Below, in pieces: positions 9,304-17,797 of a stretch of DNA of 35,729 nucleotides. The DNA lies in assembly GCA_001563915.1 (NCBI GenBank), contig LKMP01000010.1, positions 1 through 35,729 on the forward strand. Direction: 5' to 3'. A program made the translations under genes and the position numbers. How positions within the stretch are numbered: the first letter of the stretch is position 1; each line of letters opens with the position of its first letter. The DNA is from Nanohaloarchaea archaeon B1-Br10_U2g21. GTDB lineage: Archaea; Nanohalarchaeota; Nanosalinia; Nanosalinales; Nanosalinaceae. Below the pieces are notes generated by a model, which was given only the letters and a program-made list of their open reading frames with translations, searched no databases and was not told the origin of the DNA.

Positions 9304-10032
9304 ATGCTGGAAACTATCCAAGGCCCGCTATCAGTTTTATTTGGGTTTTATGACTCTATTTTTCAACCTCTGTTAGCTCTAAGCCCTTATTACGCGCTCA
9401 CATTCTTTTCTGTAGCGCTTGCAGGAATTTTCTCACTAATCTATTGGAGGTTGCTTGATGTAGAAAAACAAAGAGAGCTTAAATCCAAGCTTAAGGAACA
9501 ACAAGAAAAAATGAAAGAGGCCAGAGAAGAAGAAGATACTGAGAAAGTATCTGAGCATATGTCGAAGTCTCTTGAACTAAACCAGAGGTTTATGATGTTG
9601 AACATTAAACCTATGCTGGCTACAATGGTTTTTGTTGCATTATTTTTCCCGTGGCTAAGCGCAACTTTTACGCCAAATGTGCAGATGGATGACAGTAACT
9701 CAATCTATGAGGGCGAGTTTGAGTATGCAGGTCAGACAGTCCCACTGGAAATAAATAACCAGAGTGAAGAGCTCATACTAGCTGTTGAAGATCAAGAAAT
9801 AGAGCAAGGAGAAAGATTTGACGCTTTCGGATTTACATGGGAATTCTCAAGTTTTGGAGATAATGGAGGATGGTTTTCTCAGGAAGGACACTCTGCTAGA
9901 ATAGCAGGAGTTTTTGTGCCACTACCATTCACTCTGCCCTATATAGGAAGTGCTTTGAATTGGTTAGGATTCTATATTATAATGGCTATGCCAATGACCT
10001 ATGCTTTCAGAAAAATGCTGGGAATCGCATAA
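9304..10032 (+). CDS. DUF106 / EMC3-TMCO1 (Oxa1 superfamily) membrane protein
   Basis: TM helix, then coiled coil (KQRELKSKLKEQQEKMKEA), then KPMLATM TM, ending WLGFYII...FRKMLG. Confidence 0.88.
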   Translation: MLETIQGPLSVLFGFYDSIFQPLLALSPYYALTFFSVALAGIFSLIYWRLLDVEKQRELKSKLKEQQEKMKEAREEEDTEKVSEHMSKSLELNQRFMMLNIKPMLATMVFVALFFPWLSATFTPNVQMDDSNSIYEGEFEYAGQTVPLEINNQSEELILAVEDQEIEQGERFDAFGFTWEFSSFGDNGGWFSQEGHSARIAGVFVPLPFTLPYIGSALNWLGFYIIMAMPMTYAFRKMLGIA

Positions 10033-10056
10033 AAAATTATCTGCGAGAATAATCTT

Positions 10057-10659
10057 ATGATTCCAGAGGCTTTGAAATATCCGTTTAAAGGAGAGAAATC
10101 TACTAATAATATAGTTATAGGTTCGCTTCTGGTATTTGGTTCCATATTTATTCTTCCAGCCTTTATTTTGATGGGTTATTTTGCAAGAGTAATTAATAAT
10201 TCGGTAAAAGGTGAAGTGGCGCCAGAGTTCAAAGATTACAAGGGTCTATTTGTAGATGGAATTAAACTTACAGCAGTATATATTGCGTATTTTGTATTAA
10301 TCTTCGTATTGATGCTGCCTATTGTATTTCTTGGAAGTATCAACGAGTATTTAGGTCTAGTAGCATTCTGGATCTACGTACCAGTGTTTTTACTGTTTTA
10401 TATTGGTCATCCAGCACTTTCATACTTTTATGGAAAAAATCTAAGTTTCAGAGAGGCCTTTGATATTAGAAACGTAGTCAAAAAAGTGATCAGCTGGAGA
10501 TATGCAAAAATATTCTTATTATTCATCGGCCTCCAAATTGGATTCAGTATTGCACAAATTATGCTAGCAGTAACGATAATAGGTCTGTTAATTATACCAA
10601 CAACTCTATTTATTGAGTTAGTGATATATGCTAAACTGCTTTCAGAATTAGGCGGGTAG
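10057..10659 (+). CDS. DUF4013 family membrane protein
   Basis: ALKYPF, ILPAFILMGYFARVI, PEFKDYKGLFVDGIK and SFREAFD motifs. Confidence 0.82.
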   Translation: MIPEALKYPFKGEKSTNNIVIGSLLVFGSIFILPAFILMGYFARVINNSVKGEVAPEFKDYKGLFVDGIKLTAVYIAYFVLIFVLMLPIVFLGSINEYLGLVAFWIYVPVFLLFYIGHPALSYFYGKNLSFREAFDIRNVVKKVISWRYAKIFLLFIGLQIGFSIAQIMLAVTIIGLLIIPTTLFIELVIYAKLLSELGG

Positions 10660-10701
10660 CTGAGTTCGGATGTTAAAAGATTACAGTTATAGGAATCTTC
10701 T

Positions 10702-11664
10702 ATGAAGAATGAAACCTGGTACACTCGTCAAGAATCCGAGACAGATCCTGAATTCGGAAGCATTCCTGAAAAAAGATCGTTAGAAGAGCTAATTGATCAA
10801 GGATTCATAGTAGTAGATAAGCCATTTGGTCCTACAAGCAACCAGATTAGCTACTGGGTGAAAGAAGAGCTTGATCTTAAGAAAACAGGGCACTTTGGCA
10901 CTCTAGATCCTAATGCTACAGGAATACTACCAATAGGCCTGAACAGAGGCACTCGCATTAATCCAGCACTAGCAAAAGCTAGCAAAGAGTATATATTTGA
11001 GGCAGAACTTTACAAAAGAAAATCTTTTGATGAAATACAAGAGGCCTTAGAAACCTTTCAAGGAATTAATACTCAAGTTCCTCCAGAAAAATCTGCTGTT
11101 AAGAAACAGGAACGAGAAAGAGAAGTATATGAACTTGAATTAATTGAAGTCAAAGAAAAAAAGGTTTTAGGAAGAGTTAAATGCGAATCAGGATTCTATG
11201 TTAGAGTTCTAATCTCTCAATTAGGAGAAAAACTTGGTGCGGGAGCTGAAATGGTAGAACTCAGGCGCACGATGCAAGGAGGAATTAGCGAGGAAGATGC
11301 CAGTACGCTGCAGGACATAGTGGATGCTTATCATTTCTACAGGAGTGGCGAGCAACAAGAACTAAGAGACGTTGTTTATCCTATCGAGAAAGCAGTAAAA
11401 AATGTTCGTAAAGTAGTTGTAAAAGATTCTGCAGTAAATGCAATAGCTAATGGGGCTGATCTCGGTACATCGGGAGTATCAAAACTCCAAGACAATATAG
11501 AGGAGCAGGAAACTGTGGCGGTTATGACTTTGAAAGGAGAACTTATTGCACTAGGAGAAGCATTGATGACTTCTGAAAATATGTATGGTGAGGATGGTAC
11601 GGCAGTGAAGACTCAGAATGTCTATATGAAACAAGGTCTTTATCCCAAGAGATGGAAGCAGTAA
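10702..11664 (+). CDS. cbf5: H/ACA RNA-guided pseudouridine synthase Cbf5
   Basis: DKPFGPTS, catalytic GHFGTLDP, QVPP, CESGFYVR, ELRRT and a C-terminal PUA domain ending YPKRWK. Confidence 0.95.
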   Translation: MKNETWYTRQESETDPEFGSIPEKRSLEELIDQGFIVVDKPFGPTSNQISYWVKEELDLKKTGHFGTLDPNATGILPIGLNRGTRINPALAKASKEYIFEAELYKRKSFDEIQEALETFQGINTQVPPEKSAVKKQEREREVYELELIEVKEKKVLGRVKCESGFYVRVLISQLGEKLGAGAEMVELRRTMQGGISEEDASTLQDIVDAYHFYRSGEQQELRDVVYPIEKAVKNVRKVVVKDSAVNAIANGADLGTSGVSKLQDNIEEQETVAVMTLKGELIALGEALMTSENMYGEDGTAVKTQNVYMKQGLYPKRWKQ

Positions 11665-11670
11665 AATCTG

Positions 11671-12138
11671 TTAGAAGGCGTCAGGAACTGTGAAGTTATC
11701 AGATGCAAATGGATCTTCTTCGGACTGATCCTTTGAATCTCCGCGTATCCAGGCATAGAGCAGTACAATTATCGTTTTCAGGTATACATAAGTCATAAAT
11801 GGCTCGAACAGATTAATTATAAGCTCTTGTCTGAAAGTCAATCCGATACCCACCATTAAAGCTATACTCCCTGAAAAAGCTCCTATTGCCACAGGAAGAG
11901 TGTCTAGACGCGAAGGAAATTCCAGTATGTTCCGTTCAAATAATGTTTCAATGTATATCATCAGGGCGGCTGAGATAAAGATCATGCCGAGTATAGTTTC
12001 TGGTCCAGCGGTAATCCAGTCTTGAGAGGCATCTAATAACAACACAAAGAAAATTAAGATAAATGTCCAGTAGACAATTCTACGGATAGCGGTCACTGTT
12101 CTAACAGATCCGGGCTCAAGAAAAGACGGCAAGGTCAT
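11671..12138 (-). CDS. Hypothetical membrane protein (about 4 TM)
   Basis: 155 aa with four hydrophobic stretches. Confidence 0.65.
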   Translation of the reverse strand: MTLPSFLEPGSVRTVTAIRRIVYWTFILIFFVLLLDASQDWITAGPETILGMIFISAALMIYIETLFERNILEFPSRLDTLPVAIGAFSGSIALMVGIGLTFRQELIINLFEPFMTYVYLKTIIVLLYAWIRGDSKDQSEEDPFASDNFTVPDAF

Positions 12139-12180
12139 GAAATGTATTTTCCAAGCAGCGTTTAAATCACTAAAATCCTT

Positions 12181-12429
12181 TCACTCTGTTCTATTAATGT
12201 CTCTACAAAATTCCAGATTCTGACAGTTATATTGAGGAGGGTAAGATTCCATAACCTCCAGATAACCTATACATATGCAGCTTTCGTAATAGTGTTCCTC
12301 TAATTCGCCATTCTCTTCGTCTAAGTCAAATTTTTCATAGCTGGCGGAGAATAGGCTGCTAAAAGCTAATAATAGGCTCAGTAGTAAGACTGTAGAAACA
12401 CCTAAGACTGCTTTCTTCTGTGAGTTCAT
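12181..12429 (-). CDS. Small secreted or membrane-anchored Cys-containing protein
   Basis: KK plus hydrophobic N-terminal signal. C-terminal ESCICIG...YPPQYNCQNLEFC has four Cys. Confidence 0.6.
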   Translation of the reverse strand: MNSQKKAVLGVSTVLLLSLLLAFSSLFSASYEKFDLDEENGELEEHYYESCICIGYLEVMESYPPQYNCQNLEFCRDINRTE

Positions 12430-12569
12430 GCTTAAAGTTTAGGTTGGATCTTGAAATAGAAGGAGAAGATAATGCGCAACTAGTTTCATCTAATTTTCTT
12501 AGAAGAGATAGGCTAGATAAAGGAAAGTCCTTTAAGTTAAAAACAGTTCTTGTCTCTAAAGTTACTTGT

Positions 12570-12655
12570 GCCGGAGTGACTGAGTGGCTAAAGGTGCCGG
12601 TCTTGAAAACCGGTGACCCTTACGGGTCTCCTGGGTTCAAATCCCAGCTCCGGCG
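12570..12655 (+). tRNA. tRNA-Ser (anticodon TGA)
   Basis: Acceptor GCCGGAG/CTCCGGC plus G73, anticodon arm CCGGT-CT-TGA-AA-ACCGG, long variable arm GACCC-TTAC-GGGTC, T arm CTGGG-TTCAAAT-CCCAG. No encoded CCA, no intron. TTTAAG box upstream. Confidence 0.97.
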
Positions 12656-12794
12656 TTTCGATTAGTTCGATATATTTAGAGCAGATTCGGTAAGCGAATT
12701 CTGAAATCAAATCTTAATTCGACATATTTTTCTTTACAAGGCCTTAGAGAGGAATCAGTTCTTCATGGTCTCAGAGCAGCATGCAACGGAGATT

Positions 12795-13244
12795 TCAGTC
12801 TTTGAGTTCTGCTACATCTCCCAGAGTTGCTTTTCTTGTGTCTCCTTTTGATTGGGGATCATCATAATCTGAGACTTGAGGATTGACATATAGATTAATT
12901 TCAAGTTCTTTTGATAGCTTGGAAGCGAGAGATCTATCAGGCTTGAGCTCTCCGCGTTCGACTTTCTTTATTAGAGAGTTCTTTTCGTTTAATTTATCTG
13001 CCAACTCCGACATACTTAGCTTTCTACTTTCTCTTGCTTTCTTAACCTTTTCTCCATAGTCTGAAGCTAATACTTGGTCTTTACGCCGACTGACTTTTCT
13101 CCTTTTCCTCTTTTTCTTTACTTCTTTTTGTTCCATGGCTTCGCCCATATCGGTACAGCTATCACACACCTTTAGAACGGCGCCTTCTACTTTAGTTTTT
13201 TGCAGTTTATCAGAATTTTGTCCGCAGAGTTGACAGGTAGGCAT
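12795..13244 (-). CDS. mbf1: Archaeal multiprotein bridging factor aMBF1
   Basis: N-terminal Zn ribbon (CQLCG...VEGAVLKVCDSC), Cro-like HTH and C-terminal TLGD. Start reassigned to MPTCQLCG at 13244 rather than 13358. Confidence 0.92.
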   Translation of the reverse strand: MPTCQLCGQNSDKLQKTKVEGAVLKVCDSCTDMGEAMEQKEVKKKRKRRKVSRRKDQVLASDYGEKVKKARESRKLSMSELADKLNEKNSLIKKVERGELKPDRSLASKLSKELEINLYVNPQVSDYDDPQSKGDTRKATLGDVAELKD

Positions 13245-13320
13245 TAATTTTTCACATTCCGTCTTTTTGTAAAGTTTCCTAGGCAACAACTGTTCCCAGA
13301 AGTTAAAAAGGGTTTCCTTA

Positions 13321-13809
13321 CTAGGAGGAGATCTTCCGTAATGTGAGTCCATAGGCAAGTGTAGAGATAGACAAGAGCAGGAAAAATCCTGCTAGAAATA
13401 GAAAAGCGAGAGATGGTTCTTGACTTACGCTTTCCTCAGCCTCCATCATTAAATCTGCATTATCTTCGGGTCCTAAACTTGATGCTTCAGAAGCAAGAAG
13501 AGAGAGACCTATTATGGCGGAGACGAAAGAAGACGTTACTGAGAACTTAACTTTCCTGCTACGCCCTTGTACTACTGCCTTCGCTTTGTCTGTAGGCCTA
13601 TATACTACGCGCCTACGACCTTCTTCTGCATCTTTTTCTAAAAGGCCAGACGAAACAAGTTTTTCTAGGTGGGAAGACACGGTAGACTTACTTTTCTCTA
13701 AATCTTGCGATAGAGAGGTTGTAGTGGCCTCAGCCTCTAACGAAGATGACAATATTTTTATTCGAGTGGGCGAGGAAAGCGCCTTAATGGTTTTATAATC
13801 CAGTTCCAT
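13321..13809 (-). CDS. ArsR-family wHTH regulator with two C-terminal TM helices
   Basis: KALSSPTRIKIL...SKSTVSSHLEKLVSSGLL, then hydrophobic FVSAIIGLSLLA and LAFLFLAGFFLLLSI segments. Confidence 0.85.
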   Translation of the reverse strand: MELDYKTIKALSSPTRIKILSSSLEAEATTTSLSQDLEKSKSTVSSHLEKLVSSGLLEKDAEEGRRRVVYRPTDKAKAVVQGRSRKVKFSVTSSFVSAIIGLSLLASEASSLGPEDNADLMMEAEESVSQEPSLAFLFLAGFFLLLSISTLAYGLTLRKISS

Positions 13810-13853
13810 GGTAGATACTTATGTTTCGATGCTTTTTTGAGCTGTGTTTATAC

Positions 13854-13871
13854 GTTCGATTTATATCGAAC
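13854..13871. promoter_or_regulatory. Perfect 7-4-7 inverted repeat, candidate operator
   Basis: GTTCGAT-TTAT-ATCGAAC, abutting a minus-strand TATAAAC box about 40 nt upstream of the ArsR-like gene. Confidence 0.55.
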
Positions 13872-13974
13872 AAATTAAAAGCGCCTTGTTGATGTCTGTC
13901 CGATTGTTTTTCCGGCTTTAACACCCCTACCTATAAAAAAGAGGACAGACAATAGCTTACTAGGTGAATCACAC

Positions 13975-14142
13975 ATGGCAGACGTACTTAAGAAATCAGG
14001 CGTTCGTGACGAAGCAGACGGCGTAAATGTCGGAAGCGACTTCTACGAAGCTCTAGACGACAGAGTAAAAGAACTAGTAAGCAGAGCTGTTGAAAGAGCA
14101 CAAGAGAACGGACGCAAAACAGTCAAGTCAAGAGATGTATAA
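13975..14142 (+). CDS. Small histone-fold protein, DUF1931 / face-to-face histone type (absent from ORF track)
   Basis: Manual translation MADVLKKSGVRDEADGVNVGSDFYEALDDRVKELVSRAVERAQENGRKTVKSRDV* (55 aa). SD AGGTGA and TATAAAAA (13932-13939) upstream. Confidence 0.9.
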   Translation: MADVLKKSGVRDEADGVNVGSDFYEALDDRVKELVSRAVERAQENGRKTVKSRDV

Positions 14143-14151
14143 CTTAATTTT

Positions 14152-14217
14152 TTAACGAGGGGAGGTAGAGGTCTGCAAGATTTTTTGAAGGCCTCGACCC
14201 TTGTTAATCTTTATTTT
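14152..14217 (+). terminator. Extended 3' hairpin plus T-rich tract after the small histone gene
   Basis: TTAACGAGGG (14152-61) pairs with CCCTTGTTAA (14198-207). Inner GAGGTCT pairs with AGGCCTC. Followed by TCTTTATTTT. Confidence 0.5.
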
Positions 14218-14515
14218 AGCTATAATAGCCTTCTGAATCTCTATAAAAATCTTTTTTAGTTATAAAAACTACTGATAGATGTTTTTAAGCAGGATGACTA
14301 AATAATAGAGACTGCACTTAAGAAATCATATTCTATTGGCACAGTAGAGAGTGTGAATTCTGATTCAAAGTTCTATGAGTTATTAGGCAGTAAACCAAAA
14401 AATAGGGTTAATAGCGCAAAAAATGACGGCTACAAAAAATTAGCAAGTCAAGAAAGATAAGAAGACCAAATAAATCTTTCAAAAGGCCGTTCTCACATTT
14501 TTTATCTTTCTAGAA

Positions 14516-14728
14516 TCAGAGTTCTTCTTTCCTACGTTCTTGCTCTTTTAACTCAGCTTCAACCTTTTCTAAGGCTTCACGAAAGTGTTCTACTGCGTCT
14601 AAGCTTTCAATAGGCAAACGACCTAGATCTCCATCATTAACTGTGACGAAAAACCTGCTGTTCTTTTCAACTACCTTGTAATTTAACACTTTGTAAGGCC
14701 CATCAGAAAAGCTGTAAATCGATTCCAT
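14516..14728 (-). CDS. Hypothetical protein
   Basis: 70-aa ORF co-oriented with and just downstream of the phosphohexomutase gene. Confidence 0.6.
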   Translation of the reverse strand: MESIYSFSDGPYKVLNYKVVEKNSRFFVTVNDGDLGRLPIESLDAVEHFREALEKVEAELKEQERRKEEL

Positions 14729-14753
14729 GAACTTAATATCGAACTCTACTGAT

Positions 14754-16046
14754 TTAACCTTTCTGCCTGAAACCTTCTATTTTATCTCTGACATCTTCCA
14801 AGACTTCTTTCGCAGACTCAGGATCTGGTGATTCAGAAATGATCCGCACCTTCTGCGAACTACCTGAAGGCCTAACTAAGATTTCTGCGTTATTTCTACA
14901 GAACTTTATACCATCAAGATCTGATAAAATATTTTCGTCATCTATACTTTGCTTCAAAGACGCTAATAATTCCTCTTTCCGCTCCACTTTTACAGAATGT
15001 CTCATAACAGCGTAATCAGGTATTCTTTCTAATGATTTATTGATATCTAGACCAGAAATGATTAAAGCAGTTAATATTCCTGAATTATAGGGTACAAAAT
15101 CTGTGAATGAGTAATGTCCGTTAGGTTCGCCTGCTAATTCAGCATCTATATCAATAGCATGATCCATAACAAAAGGATCGCCGACACGAGTATATTCAAC
15201 TTCTAAAAACTCTTCTAATACCTTAGAAGTATCTATAGATGCTACTACAGGTCCTTTAACTAACTGTGATAATATGCAGAAAACTTCGCTGCCTTTTAGG
15301 AAGCGACCTTTGTAGTAAACTGTTATGCGATCTGAGTCCAAATCGTTAGATATTCCTAGGTCTGCAGAGTTTTTTATCACAGCCTGCTTCAGTTCATCAA
15401 GGTTCTTAGGCTGAGGAGCAGGAGGATCGTGATAAATTCCTTTACGGCCTTTTGAAAGATCTATTACCTCGGCGCCTAGGTCTCTCAATAAACCGGGTAA
15501 AATTTTGCCTGTGCCTCCCAGAGAGTCTACAACTATTTTTTTGTCCCAGTCTTCAGCATATTGTCTAGCAAAAGTTTTAGCACTATCTGTGTAATTGTCT
15601 TTCATATTCTTCTTAGAAACATGACCTACCCCTTCTTGAAATTCCCGATCTCTGAAAATGTCTTGAACAGCATATAAATCTTTGTTTATGAATCCATTGC
15701 CTTCAGGATACATAAATTTGAATCCATTGAATTCTAGCGGCATATGGGAAGATGTTACTTCGACAGAAACAGCTTCCAGTTTTTTACCGCAGAATGCAGC
15801 ATAATCTGTAGGACCTATACCTACATCTATAACATTTACTCCGCTGGACATTATGCCGCTGATTAAAGACTGTTTAAGAGTTTCAGAGCTTGGCTTATTG
15901 TCTCGGCATACAACTATATTCTTCTGGAGATTCTGAGCCACGAATGTCCCTAGAGATTTTCCTAAAAGTTTAGCAAACTTATTGTCTATTTCTTCAGGAT
16001 ATTTTCCTCGGATATCATATCTTTTGAATACTTTTTCAGGCTTCAA
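14754..16046 (-). CDS. Alpha-D-phosphohexomutase (PMM/PGM/GlmM family)
   Basis: FKRYDIRG, phosphoserine motif TSSHMP, metal loop DLDSDR, TRVGD, GEPNGH and VRPSGS. Confidence 0.92.
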   Translation of the reverse strand: MKPEKVFKRYDIRGKYPEEIDNKFAKLLGKSLGTFVAQNLQKNIVVCRDNKPSSETLKQSLISGIMSSGVNVIDVGIGPTDYAAFCGKKLEAVSVEVTSSHMPLEFNGFKFMYPEGNGFINKDLYAVQDIFRDREFQEGVGHVSKKNMKDNYTDSAKTFARQYAEDWDKKIVVDSLGGTGKILPGLLRDLGAEVIDLSKGRKGIYHDPPAPQPKNLDELKQAVIKNSADLGISNDLDSDRITVYYKGRFLKGSEVFCILSQLVKGPVVASIDTSKVLEEFLEVEYTRVGDPFVMDHAIDIDAELAGEPNGHYSFTDFVPYNSGILTALIISGLDINKSLERIPDYAVMRHSVKVERKEELLASLKQSIDDENILSDLDGIKFCRNNAEILVRPSGSSQKVRIISESPDPESAKEVLEDVRDKIEGFRQKG

Positions 16047-16530
16047 AATCCTCCACCTTTGATATTACCTTCTTTAAGCTTTCTTGAGGTCTTGAAAGCT
16101 TTACTCCGGGTATGTTTGCACGCTCAAGCTCTTTTTCTCTATCATCAACTAATAAATCAATTTTTACTTGGTCTTTGGGACCTTTTTCTACTATTTTGTA
16201 ATTATCAACGTATTTTAAGCTGTTTGAACTCTTAATTTTGCGCTCCTGAAACTTTTTGTTGCCTCTTGTGACTATTATGAGCGTGTGATCGCTCAACTCT
16301 TTAAGCAGTTCTATATCATTGTAAAGAAATCGTTCCAAATTTTGTAATGCTTTCCAAATATTTTCAGAGGGAATTCCACAGATTTCTGCATGTTTTTCAG
16401 GATTATAGTTCCCATTCTCATCATATACGTTGGCTTCAACGTGTTCAAGGCCTTCAACATTTTCTTTGTAGTATTCGTCAAATGAATCTGTGTCAAAAAG
16501 CACTCGGTCAAAGTCAAGCCCTATTATCAT
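16036..16530 (-). CDS. HAD-superfamily hydrolase
   Basis: Motif I LDFDRVLFDT, motif II IVTRG, conserved K and LVDD motif IV. Confidence 0.82.
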   Translation of the reverse strand: MIIGLDFDRVLFDTDSFDEYYKENVEGLEHVEANVYDENGNYNPEKHAEICGIPSENIWKALQNLERFLYNDIELLKELSDHTLIIVTRGNKKFQERKIKSSNSLKYVDNYKIVEKGPKDQVKIDLLVDDREKELERANIPGVKLSRPQESLKKVISKVEDFEA

Positions 16531-17780
16531 TTCTTTCTCTCCTGTTCTTGTTTTACATACACTATTTCTTCGTTTTCAACGTTTTCTCTGACCAGCGTAC
16601 CAGGACCTATTTTTGCATCGCTTCCTATTTGAACGCCAGGCATTATAGAGACATTTACGCCGATATCAACGTTATCTCCTATAAAGGCTCCAAGAAAAGT
16701 TTTCTTTGAATTTTCTACCCGATTTTTACCTATTAAACAGCTTTTAATTTCGGGTCTTTCGCCATCTTCACGGAACTTTCTGTTCGCTACAACAGTTTCA
16801 GCACCTATATGAGTATTATTACCTATTATTGAGTCGCCTATAAAGCCTGAGTGGATGCTAGAGTTCGGCTGCATAACAGAGTTTTTAATTTCTGTATTGG
16901 CGCCGGCTGTTGTATTTTCTTCTAATAGAGTATATTCGCGGATAAGAGCATGATCTCCTACTATTGCATTTTTACCTATATAGACAGGACCTTTAATCAC
17001 TGCATTTTCATGGATTTCTGCATCTTCATCAATTATGACCTTGCCCTTAATCTCTGCAGAGTCTGCTACTGAAGCGTTCTCAGAGATTTTCCGATCTTTA
17101 TCTTTGAATATTGCTTTTACAAAATCGAAAAGATTCCAAGGATATTTTATGGAGATAGTATCTTCATCAATAAAAACTATACTAGCGGGTTTTTCCGAGG
17201 CCTGGCGATTCAATGCATCCTCAAATTGGTACTCCCATTCTTCAACAACATCAAGGTAGTTAAAGAACTTAGGGCTTAATAGATAAATCCCTACAACTCT
17301 ATATTTGCTTGCAGCATCTTTTGGAGCAGGTTTTTCAGTTACGCCGACGGCTTTCCCGTCTTTCACAGTTAATATTCCATAATCTTCAGGCCTATCTGTT
17401 TCTCTTGAAACAAATCCTATTTCGCTTTCTTCGTCCTCTGTCTTTTTGATTAAATCGTTTATTATGCTGGAGGCGGTAGCATGATATGGGTTTAAAACCA
17501 AGAATTTTTCATTGAGTAGAGGCTGAGCCTGTATTAGGGCATGACCCATGCCTTTGGGTTCGTCCTGTATGATGAATTCGGCATCAATATCTGTCTTTTT
17601 TTCAAAATTTTGATTGGGGCTTTGAACTATGATAATATTTTCTATCCCTAAATTTTCAAGTTCTGTGACGGTATGTTCAATAATTGTCTTTCCTAAGACT
17701 TCTGTCAGTCCTTTGTGTTTATTATCGCTTATAGGCTTGAATCTGCTGGAGCATCCTGCCGCAAGTATTACTGCCTGCAT
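16527..17780 (-). CDS. GlmU-like sugar-1-phosphate nucleotidyltransferase with hexapeptide-repeat domain
   Basis: ILAAGCSSRFKP, PKGMGHA, EKP and a left-handed beta-helix (IKGPVYIGKNAIVG, FIGDSIIG, LGAFIGDNV). Confidence 0.88.
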   Translation of the reverse strand: MQAVILAAGCSSRFKPISDNKHKGLTEVLGKTIIEHTVTELENLGIENIIIVQSPNQNFEKKTDIDAEFIIQDEPKGMGHALIQAQPLLNEKFLVLNPYHATASSIINDLIKKTEDEESEIGFVSRETDRPEDYGILTVKDGKAVGVTEKPAPKDAASKYRVVGIYLLSPKFFNYLDVVEEWEYQFEDALNRQASEKPASIVFIDEDTISIKYPWNLFDFVKAIFKDKDRKISENASVADSAEIKGKVIIDEDAEIHENAVIKGPVYIGKNAIVGDHALIREYTLLEENTTAGANTEIKNSVMQPNSSIHSGFIGDSIIGNNTHIGAETVVANRKFREDGERPEIKSCLIGKNRVENSKKTFLGAFIGDNVDIGVNVSIMPGVQIGSDAKIGPGTLVRENVENEEIVYVKQEQERKK

Positions 17781-17797
17781 AATTCACCTTTGTAATG

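Noticed and set aside
12420-12665. 81-aa plus-strand ORF
   Set aside because: Overlaps tRNA-Ser and its promoter.
13245-13358. 38-aa N-terminal extension of aMBF1
   Set aside because: Overlaps the upstream gene. The family starts at the Zn ribbon.
14293-14460. Possible frameshifted small ORF (MTK/IIETALKKSYSIG...)
   Set aside because: No in-frame start and no recognisable motif, so it cannot be supported.
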